IMG/VR virus record: IMGVR_UViG_3300012953_000047
Location: 1 to 49,064 of that record
Reading direction: 5' to 3' (one strand)
Source of the DNA: a virus
Lineage: Duplodnaviria > Caudoviricetes
Length of the DNA: 49,064 bases
Positions 16,817 to 26,400 of the stretch are shown piece by piece; position 1 is the stretch's first letter, and each line of letters starts with the position of its first letter. The notes below the pieces were generated by a model. That model was not told where the DNA came from. It saw only the letters and a list, made by a program, of their open reading frames with translations, and did not search any database. The translations under genes were made by a program, and so were the position numbers.

Positions 16817-18801
16817 GGAGTGCCGAAGGGGTTCTCCTCAGAGAAGTCTAAAATTGCATCAGCTTCGGTCTCAATTGCATTATTATCTGCAAAATTGGTA
16901 AGTGGTGGGAATGTTTCTGATTTTCTGAATACGTATTGAGCTCCGGATTCGGCACCAGTTAAAGTTTCTCCCTGAGTGAAACTTCCAGTTACATTCATGA
17001 CCTCTAATTGATTAGTTGACTCATTCCAAATTCTTACTCTAGCAGTTGTTCCACTTAAAGATCCAGTTATGATCTCATTAAACTTAAACGATCCAGTAGA
17101 ATCTGAAGCAGGATCTTCAATTGTTATCGTAGGCGTTATCACATAACCATGTCCAGAATCTGTGATATAGATTTTTTCAATCGCTCCAGCAGAGGTTAGC
17201 GTAGAAATACCAGTTGCTGTAGCAATCCCTAAAGTAGCATGGAAGTCGATGTAGTTCTTATCACCAACGGTATTAGAAATTGATACTACTGGCGCTGTTG
17301 CATATCCACTACCACCGGATGTAATTATAATACCAGTGACGATACCGCATTGATCTCTTCCAAGTTCAAATACGGATGTTGCTATACCAACATTTGTTGC
17401 AGCAGTTGACATGATAAGACTGCTTTGGCCAATACCAGAAACAAATGCATTTTCTGCAATGAAATTGTAAGAGTCACTATATCCAATACCTAATCTCACT
17501 CTATCTCCAACGATGACTCCAAGAGTATTAATTCCTGTGATCGTTGTAGATCCGATGCCAACAGTTCCTTGATAATTAAGAGAATTGAATCTTATAGTTG
17601 CGATACCAGTTGCTGTGGCCCCTGACCCTGTAGGTGCCCCAAAAGTGACTGTAGGTGCAGTTCTATAGAATGCCCCACCAGTGGTGCCTCCAGGGAACAG
17701 GAAGGCGGAAGAACCAATACTTATGGGTGCAGACACAACGCTTCCACTATTAATAACTGCAGTTGCGGATGCACCAACATGTTTTGGTGTGGAGAATGTT
17801 ACTGTAGGAGAATTAACATATCCTCCACCTGAAGAACTTACAGTGACTACTCCAACTCCACCAGTTGTAGAAATTCCTGATGTAGCAGCTGCTCCAGATC
17901 CTCCACCACCACTAAATTTAACCGTGGGTGCAGAAGTATATCCTGTTCCTGGATTAACTATTGCTACTTGTTGAACAGATCTTAATTTATTATTTGTGTT
18001 TGTATTGCAAACATTTATACCACTTATCATTTGAGAAGCTGTTCCTATTCCAGTTACTGAACCTGCAACTCCTACTGATGAAACTCCGACTGTTGGTAAA
18101 GTGTTATAACCCGCTCCTCTATTAGTGAGCCTTATGAACCTGATACCATTGTTTACGAGTGAAGTAAGTGCCGTGGCAGTAGTTCCTGTTCCAACAACAT
18201 ACAGAAGTTGTGCAACTCCAATAATTGTTGATACACCACTTTCGGATGTTCCATCATAATCATCTCCGATCAACTCATTATCAATCTCTTCAACTCCAGT
18301 ATCGATAACTTCATCTTCAATACGGAAGAGTTCACACCTCAACTCATAAACATAATTTTTTTGTAATTGATAGAATGGTTTTTCGTGCTCAACATATTTA
18401 ATTTCAAATAAACGATCCCCTAATGGAAAATATATTAAATCTCCCTCTTTTGGACGAGTTGAAAGTTTTACATCCGATTCATTCTTCATTAAGGGAGAAA
18501 TATAAGTCTCAAATCTCTCCTTGGAAATAATTAAAGTTATTTCATTCGTTGCTTGAATGCCAAATTTAGATAGCAGTGTTGGATTATCACCATATCCTTC
18601 AAAAGATTCGATATAAGCCTCTATTGGATAGGCATCATCAAACTTTGATTCTATTACTTCCTTTAGAACAGTGTTCTGTGTTAGATATTTTCTTGGCAAA
18701 TAATGTACATTTATGCCATATATCCTTAACTGTTCGTTAATTATATCTTGAACAAGATTTTGCTCCCCAGAGGACCCTTGTTGAAAAAATGGATTTAACA
18801 T
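16813..18801 (-). CDS. g14: Neck protein gp14 with large G/S/T-rich insertion
   Basis: LNPFF, EQLRIYG..YLPR, LLSKFGI, RPKEGDLIYFP, FEIKYVEHEKPFYQL; C-terminal ILDFSEENPFG. Confidence 0.93.
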   Translation of the reverse strand: MLNPFFQQGSSGEQNLVQDIINEQLRIYGINVHYLPRKYLTQNTVLKEVIESKFDDAYPIEAYIESFEGYGDNPTLLSKFGIQATNEITLIISKERFETYISPLMKNESDVKLSTRPKEGDLIYFPLGDRLFEIKYVEHEKPFYQLQKNYVYELRCELFRIEDEVIDTGVEEIDNELIGDDYDGTSESGVSTIIGVAQLLYVVGTGTTATALTSLVNNGIRFIRLTNRGAGYNTLPTVGVSSVGVAGSVTGIGTASQMISGINVCNTNTNNKLRSVQQVAIVNPGTGYTSAPTVKFSGGGGSGAAATSGISTTGGVGVVTVSSSGGGYVNSPTVTFSTPKHVGASATAVINSGSVVSAPISIGSSAFLFPGGTTGGAFYRTAPTVTFGAPTGSGATATGIATIRFNSLNYQGTVGIGSTTITGINTLGVIVGDRVRLGIGYSDSYNFIAENAFVSGIGQSSLIMSTAATNVGIATSVFELGRDQCGIVTGIIITSGGSGYATAPVVSISNTVGDKNYIDFHATLGIATATGISTLTSAGAIEKIYITDSGHGYVITPTITIEDPASDSTGSFKFNEIITGSLSGTTARVRIWNESTNQLEVMNVTGSFTQGETLTGAESGAQYVFRKSETFPPLTNFADNNAIETEADAILDFSEENPFGTP

Positions 18802-18806
18802 AATCC

Positions 18807-19649
18807 TTATCCGATCATATCCAATGGAGGAAGCTCATACATGTTAGACATTTGTTCTCTGATAATTTCAAGATCTTTCATTCCATCATCATAGATTTGT
18901 CTGCCATTTAGTTCTGTTCCGCCAGGAAGTTTTACTCCTTGGAACTTGATCAGATTTTGTCCCCACTGTTTTTTAATTAAAGCCGTCAGATACTTCTTCA
19001 AAAAGGAATCATTATAAACTCTGGCATGATCTGAGGGATCTATTATTCGATAACAATCAAGAATTATACGATCATCTTTTCTAACACTACCAAAATCAAT
19101 ATCTAGATATAAACGATCTTGCCTCTGATTAAATCTAATCATCTTTTCCGTACTCAATGCAAAATCGATATCTTCAAGATATCTTTTAGTCATCGCATAA
19201 CTAAGAATTTCTGTTGATCCTAAACCATAGATATCATTCAGGAATAGTTGATATTTAACACTGAACATGTTATTTGTTGCAGTATTAGATCCGTCAAAAC
19301 GAAAAATTTTGTTTACACCAATAACAGCTGGTGGAATTTGAATGTAGTTATTATTTTCTTCAAATTCAAAAGAAGTTGTGCTGCCTACACTATGTGTGAC
19401 CGTTGTTGTCGTTATTCCACTAACTCCTGCTGTTCCAGGACCCTTTCCTCTGTTTACATCGTCCTCAGTAAATTTATAATGCAAAAAAGTTTGTATTACT
19501 CCATCAAAATGTCTTTCATGAAAATATTGAATAGCATCATCTACCAGATCTTCGATCTGCTCGTCAGCAACATTGATTTCTAATACTGGAGCCCCAAGTT
19601 GTCTCTTACAATAGGTAATGAGTTCTTGTCGGGTAGATGGTTGTGCCAT
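18807..19649 (-). CDS. g13: Neck protein gp13
   Basis: YCKRQLGAPVLEINV, LIKKQWGQNLIKF.GVKLPGG.ELNG, PPLDMIG. Confidence 0.96.
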   Translation of the reverse strand: MAQPSTRQELITYCKRQLGAPVLEINVADEQIEDLVDDAIQYFHERHFDGVIQTFLHYKFTEDDVNRGKGPGTAGVSGITTTTVTHSVGSTTSFEFEENNNYIQIPPAVIGVNKIFRFDGSNTATNNMFSVKYQLFLNDIYGLGSTEILSYAMTKRYLEDIDFALSTEKMIRFNQRQDRLYLDIDFGSVRKDDRIILDCYRIIDPSDHARVYNDSFLKKYLTALIKKQWGQNLIKFQGVKLPGGTELNGRQIYDDGMKDLEIIREQMSNMYELPPLDMIG

Positions 19650-19671
19650 TTACAATATATTACCTTTTTTA

Positions 19672-19679
19672 TATTTATA
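19672..19679 (-). promoter_or_regulatory. T4-type late promoter (TATAAATA) containing the upstream stop
   Basis: Exact consensus upstream of g13. Confidence 0.8.
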
Positions 19680-20067
19680 GTGCCGTTATTGATGACACTC
19701 CTGGACGTACAAGAATATTACCATTAACTAACGTGTAGAATGTATTTCCAGAACTGACAATCACATCATATACATATCGACCTTCATTTAGCAATTTAGT
19801 CTGCGTTCCACCAAGAGAAATGCGAACCTTACCATCAAGAGCACTTGTAAATCCAACAGCAAAAGTTGCTGCAGGAAAAGCAGTAGACCCGATAGATACG
19901 CTCTTGGTCATCTGAGATGAACCAGAATACCCCTCAAGACTAAAGGCAGTATTGGATGTACCTACAACCTCAAAGTTCCCTTCAAAGTTTGCTCCACCAA
20001 GCATACTAAAATTAGCTTCTGGCGAAGCACTTGCATCTGGATCAAAAGTTATTTTCTTAGTTGCCAT
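19675..20067 (-). CDS. Hypothetical virion structural protein (130 aa)
   Basis: GKVRISL...T..L.EGRYVYDV..GNILVRPGV, an adaptor-like beta domain seen in phage tails. Confidence 0.75.
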   Translation of the reverse strand: MATKKITFDPDASASPEANFSMLGGANFEGNFEVVGTSNTAFSLEGYSGSSQMTKSVSIGSTAFPAATFAVGFTSALDGKVRISLGGTQTKLLNEGRYVYDVIVSSGNTFYTLVNGNILVRPGVSSITAL

Positions 20068-20242
20068 CTGTCGGTAATCCTATGATCTGCATTGTCTCTT
20101 GTTGCTTATAATAAAGTTTGGCAAATGATTTGGCAATGGTCCTGAGAGTTTCACGATCATCGCAGTCATCAATTTCTGTTGCTATCTTTTGATATGCAAA
20201 ACTCTTTGATAAATTTTTAAGTTCAATTGTGTCAGGATCCAT
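20057..20242 (-). CDS. Hypothetical protein (61 aa)
   Basis: Overlap-coupled to both neighbours; LSKSFAYQK..KLYYKQQE. Confidence 0.75.
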   Translation of the reverse strand: MDPDTIELKNLSKSFAYQKIATEIDDCDDRETLRTIAKSFAKLYYKQQETMQIIGLPTDGN

Positions 20243-20453
20243 TTGTTAAGCTCCTTAATAGTGATTTGATTTCATTTAAATCATCTTTCATACTAGCAAC
20301 GTCAGTCTCAAGATTTTCTATAGTTCGCTTTTCGTCGTCTTTTACATTACGACGACGTATGTAATCATTATATTGAGACTGACTTGTATTAATAATACAG
20401 TTGTTTGTAGTATCTCTAACAAGATGAGTTTGATCCTTTACTTTATGCTTCAT
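20232..20453 (-). CDS. Hypothetical protein with C-terminal coiled coil (73 aa)
   Basis: KVKD..LVRD...IIN..Y..Y..R, then a heptad DLNEIKSLL; directly after the 2643-aa gene. Confidence 0.8.
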   Translation of the reverse strand: MKHKVKDQTHLVRDTTNNCIINTSQSQYNDYIRRRNVKDDEKRTIENLETDVASMKDDLNEIKSLLRSLTNGS

Positions 20454-20454
20454 A

Positions 20455-23400
20455 TTATGCGGTGGCGATAACTCTCAAGTCCTTCATTCTAGGTGGATAG
20501 GTCTGATTCGTACTTGTCATAACAACCTTGACTCTAAACGACTTGAATGCTGGAAGATTATCAGTAGTGAATGTATATTCTCTGAAATCTAAGTCTTGAG
20601 AAGCAAATCCGGCGACATCAGTTACTATGTTACGAGTATCAGATTTACCGTTACTATTTTCAAAAGCGATAATTTCTCCCTTATCATTCAAGTTATCAAA
20701 ACCAGGGAATGGTACAAATATAGGATCAAAATTAGCAGTTTCACTAATCGCGTAGAATACTCTGATATCCGCATATTGGTTGATATGAGCATCAAGTATA
20801 ACCTTGAGTGAAGAAGCAGGATTTTCTAAATTGTTCTCCTTAGAAATATACTGACAAGATGTTGGATCATCATTCAAACTATTGACTCTATTATCTTGAG
20901 CATAATTTGTAATTGGAGCATCAATTCTGTTGGTTGTAAAAATTGCACTCAATCTTTGAGTATCAACAACAGGCGAGAGGAACTCGTTGTCAGTAGTAAG
21001 TTCAAGTGTGATGTTCAATGAACGCTCTCCTGGAAGATCTTGCAGTGATGCTGCATTGGTCTCATTAACTCTTGAAGCAATAATTCTTGGTGAAGTAAGA
21101 TAATTGCTGTTATTAAGAGTAAGAGCATCTCTACCTTGAACAACGAATGGAAGATCAGTACCATCCGCAGATCCATCACCTAAACTTGTCCCCGAAATAG
21201 ATCTCATCGAAGCATTGATATTAGTTCCAGGGAGAGTCAGATTCTGAATCTGTGGTGTAATAATCTCATACTGCATGTTCTGAGTGGCCTTGGCACCGAA
21301 CCCACCGGTTGATTTGGTTTGATTGAGGTAGAGAATTGGGAAACTCTCTCCAGTCGTTCTGGCAACACCAGAGGATGCCATATCAACCTTAAAGTTATAA
21401 GAATCAAACGTGATTGGATTACTAACAGTAACATCGCTGAGAGCGTGTTCTTTGTTAATTCTTCTTAACGATACCCCACCAAGTTCATATTTGTAAATAG
21501 GTGTTCCTGCTGCGTAATCGGTGGCAGATGTTCCATCAACCTGTCTGGTAATTCCTCCAAGAGTATTACCATTAGTTTCAGTGTAAGACACAATCTCTTC
21601 ACCAATTAACAGGTAACCAGCATTAGTTGTACCAACACCAACGCTTTCAAACGTTCCAAACAGAGTTGCATCATCGATACTGATATCACCCGTAGATGAT
21701 TCATCGTATGCTACGGAGATCTTCGTTGGAATAACGTCAGGTTCAATGTCAGAAAGGATTACTCTATTGGTCTCATGGTGCATTCCATGATTCCTATGAT
21801 CAACAACGATATGAAGACCATCAGAAACGGTAGTAACAGAACTGACCCGAGCGGCAGAATTTTCTCCACCAAGGGTAGTACCAATACCGACACTATTGGT
21901 AAACATGATTGTGTTTCCAACACCTGTGATAAAGTCTCCCTGAACATTATCAAGAATCAGTTCATTTGTAGCACCAATAGAAACAATAGAGAATCTAGCA
22001 TTTCTTCCAGTAGCCTGATTACCAAGTCCGCTAGAAAGTTCAAGAACATCACCAACGGTGTAACCAGATCCACCACTACGAACCGTCGCAATAGAGACGA
22101 CGCCGTTAACAACATGAATGTCTGCAGTCAAGTTTTGGCCTACACCAGTTATATTGGATAATGAAGTATTGTCATATCCAAAACTCCCGCTGTGTGGAGT
22201 AAATCCAATACCAGCATTGTTAAGATTAAGTTCACCTGTTGCAGATCCCGCGCTACCAACATAGTTGCCAGTTGCATTAGAATTTATTTGATAAATCGTG
22301 TTTCCGAGTTCGGGAACATGACTATCATTATCTGCAAAGTTCAGACCTGTTGTTAATCCAACTCTAATCTTTCTAGAATTCAGATTAATTGAATCTGGCA
22401 TCAATGTAGGAACTTGAGCATTTCCTTCAGCAAGAACTGGACTATACAGTTCCATAGTTCCAGAAGAGGAGAATCTTGCTCTGTTAATTACAAACTTAAG
22501 ATCTTCCCACTGGCTTGGTTCCCAAGTAGAACCATTTTGAGATTTAAAGAAGGATCCAAGATCTGGTTGAGTAGAAACGAACTGATCTGTAAGTTTGTCA
22601 TTTTCACCAACTCTAGAAATCCAAACCTTATACTTCGTAGAAGCAGAAACTAGGACCATTGCATATTCAGTCTGCTCTTCAACGTATACTGGAGCATCAA
22701 AGAAGATTCTAGTTCCAACATCACCATCAGTAGATGTTTGAATCTCTGCAGGAGGGAGCGTTACTTCGGAGAATGGTAGAATAGTTTCCGTTGGAATACC
22801 ATTTTCCATTGTCCTCAATTGAAGTATCACTGGAATATCATTAGTATCAACTTCTGCGAAGAAAATATCAATACTGGTTAGGAATACTCCAGTATCACCA
22901 AACACAGTAAACGACTGTGCAATTGGATCTCTACCTCTTCTTCTCCGTCTTCTATTTCTTCTTCTCCGACCTCTTCTTCTCCGTCTTCTGCTGTTACGTC
23001 TTCCACCTCTCCGTCTTCTTGAGGCTCTTCTTCTTGCAACTCTTCTTCTTACGACTCTTCTTCTTCTGACACGACGAACAGGTGGGCGACCACGACGTGT
23101 ATGACCACCACCACTATTACTGCGTTGTGGAGGTCTAGGTGTAGCAGTTGGAGGTCCAGAGTTAGGTCGCCTTGCTGGGGGATCGGGTGGCGCTGGTGGT
23201 GGAGTAAAGGTTGTGAATGATTCGGTTGTTGTGACTGAAGCACCTTCTTGAATAGCTACTGTTGTACCTGTAAACTCTTCACGATCAATTTGCTCTCTTT
23301 CAGCAAGAACTTCAACTTTAGCATTTCTTACAGAAACAATAGTTTCTTGTACTGTCTCCAGAGTTCCAGATGCAGTGTAAGTTTCTGATGCTAATGTTAA

Positions 23401-26400
23401 TGCCTCTTCCTCACTGTTCTGCTTATTATCAATTAGAACAAAAGTTTTTGTTCCAGTCGTGAACTTAGGATTTGCATTAATTCTTGGTGAAGGAATAAAG
23501 AAACTTCCTAAGATATCAGAACTTAAATCGGTAATGAGTCTATTGTTTACAACTCTAGCACGAGCACCTGAAGTAACTCCATATAGAGTCATTCCAGTCT
23601 CAATATATCCAAAGAATGATCCTGCAGGTTGTTCTGCAAGTGCTAAGGTATCAACATTAATCAGTGTAGAAGTTGCAGAATATGTAGAAGGAAGTGTTTG
23701 TGCAGATCCTAATGCAAACAGTTCAAATTCACCTCTTTGGGCTTCATCTGATTTTGCTCCAACAGTTGATGTATATGGATTACTTGCATATATTCTTTCT
23801 GGAGCATTATATGGACCAGATTTGTGATTTGGTTGACACAATCTGAATTGTATTTGCAATCCAGTTCTAAAAGATGCTCCTCCAGCAGCAAGACTCTTAA
23901 TCGGTCTTCCATGAACAGTCTCTCCAACTTGGAAAGATCCTGAGAGCATCTGAATTTCCATAAGTTTTGGAAAACAGAATCTGGATACGTCAATACCCTC
24001 AAAGAAAGGATAGACTTGAGTTAATGGTTTAAATCCTCTACCAACAAACTCAATATTTCTGGATCTCATGAAAGAGATTACCTCTCTGCTGAGAGTTCTA
24101 TCTCCAAGACTCTCAGTTTCAAGTTGAGGTGTAATTAACTGTCTTCTACCAGTTCTAACGTCAGCTCCAGTTCGGAAATTATCAGTAAATGTATCTTGGA
24201 AAGTAGTTCTAGTAGTGGCTTGGAACCTGGTAGTTGATGTTCCACCACCAGCAGTCCTTCTACTAGTAAACCAGCTTCTACGACCTGTGACTTCATTTCT
24301 TTCTGACCTACGAGAAGTAGTTCTAGTGCCGGTCCACTGAGTTTGCCATGCATTCCAAAGAATTGGTGTTAAACCAGTTTGTGGATCAAATCCACCAAAC
24401 GTCCTAGCCGCAGATTCTACAGTGCTTGCATAACTGCCTTCAACATCAATAACCTTTGCTTTAACTCTAGAAGTATCAGTCCAAGTATCTGATGCTGGAG
24501 TGAGTTTAATATTTGCTCTCCAGAAGCTCAACAGGAATGGAGTAACGCTCTCGGTTCTAGTTGCATATTCCTGAGCAAGATATTCAACCTCTTCATAGTC
24601 TAGAGTAATAACATCTCCAGTTCTTCTAGTATTAGTTCCCTCTGGGAATCGATCCACCGCAGCTTGTGTTAAATCTACAGCTGAAGGATCAACTGGACCA
24701 ACTACCAAATCAATAGAATTTGTATAGTGTGATGCTCTACATTCCTTGCCAGCTTGGTCAATACTATTTTTAATAGCTCTAGTATCTTCTTGAGGTAAGA
24801 ATGATGTGAAGTTATCTACAAAGAAACCTGATTTAAATTTGTTTAATCCCGAATTATCCGGTACAAACAAGTTAGCAGTTTCTGTTTCTAGAATAGAAAG
24901 AGAAGTATAATACTCTAGATTTCTAATTCTATCTTCCAGTTTTCCGATGTCACGCATCGTATATCTCTTATGATCTAAGAAATGAATCGATGCGTCTTCC
25001 GTAGAATAGAGGTACGGAGGAAGTGTGATAGTTGCAATTTCTAGTGCATTATCAAGAGGATCTGGTTTTTCTGGGTTCTCCGCTGGATTACCCATTTTTA
25101 ATTCAAAGTCCCCTCTATCATTAATGTATAATCTATCAATTCTTCCACCATAGAAAGAATAATTTGTTACAATAGATTCGTCAGGAGCTAAAATATTAGT
25201 CGCAGAATTTCCAGAGGTAGTAAAAGTTCTACCTAAGAATTCAAGTGGAGATCTAGTGCTTTCTGCAGTAATATAATCAGATACTTTTGGTCTAATATCA
25301 ATGATATCAGTATTTCTATCTCCATTAACTGCTTGAATTTCGGTTCCGTATTCAAAAGTATTATATGAATTAGTTGTGGTTATGTCTCCATCATCAGAAG
25401 AATCATAAAATCCATTTTTAAAGTAGACTTTTAATTGCCTAGATGGTTCTTTAGCATTAGGATTTCTATTTAAGAAACCATAGTCATAGAAAGTTGATTT
25501 CTGACCATTATTAAACGTATAATTTGTAGAAACATCTTTACTTGGAATATCTAAGGAAGAAATTACTGCTTGTAAGTCGGATTCTTCAAAGGTAACAGTC
25601 TCTCCTTCACTGAAACCAAAATCATTTAAATCAATGTAGCTAAGTTGCTCATCTGCAACTTTTTCCGCAACTATAGCAACTGATCCTGAAGTTTTGCCTG
25701 TAATTTTTTCTCCAATTATTAAATCAGATGTTTTACCTGTAGGACCAGAAATTGAATTTAGGGTTAATCTGGGTGCAGATGCCTGTGCTGTATTATTTGA
25801 TTCAAAAACTCCCAAAATTTCTATAATATCACCAGTATTGAGAGAAATTCTCTCATCTTGCACTCTTGTTCCATATGGATAATTTCCATATGAAAGACCA
25901 TCATTTAGAGTGGTAGCCCCAACACCAGAACCAACTAACTTAGATGTATTAACAACTAGACTGTTTACTCTATTCTTTCTCTTAAGTTTTGCTTTGGGTT
26001 TTATTTTCTTAAGCGTGGTGACTAATTTTGCCTCCATGTTGGCAGACAAATCAGCACCAATATTATTAACTTGAAGAACTGTATTACCACTGGTAAATGC
26101 TAATTTATCTGATGTCAGAACTTCAGTGGTTCCATCACGCCTTACAAGAGAATATCTTTCCTCATCAAATGCTAGGAATGTTTCATTGTTTCCAGCAACA
26201 ACACCAGAGTTTAGTTCATTATTTGTTGTAATAACAACATCAAAAGATTTTCTAATAATCAGTTGTGCATCGCTAAGATCAACATTTGAAATGTTTCTCT
26301 TTGGCATTTGTGTATATAACCTATTATCCTCAGATTCTGCTAAAGGAGTGGTAATAAGTCTTAAATCAGATACACTTACAATATTTGCTGCCCCTACTTG

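Noticed and set aside
22930-23097. Arg tract as a frameshift artefact of a Glu/Lys-rich frame
   Set aside because: The ORF stays open and resumes at the conserved DPIAQSF; synonymous Arg codons are mixed; the Glu-reading frame stops at 23049
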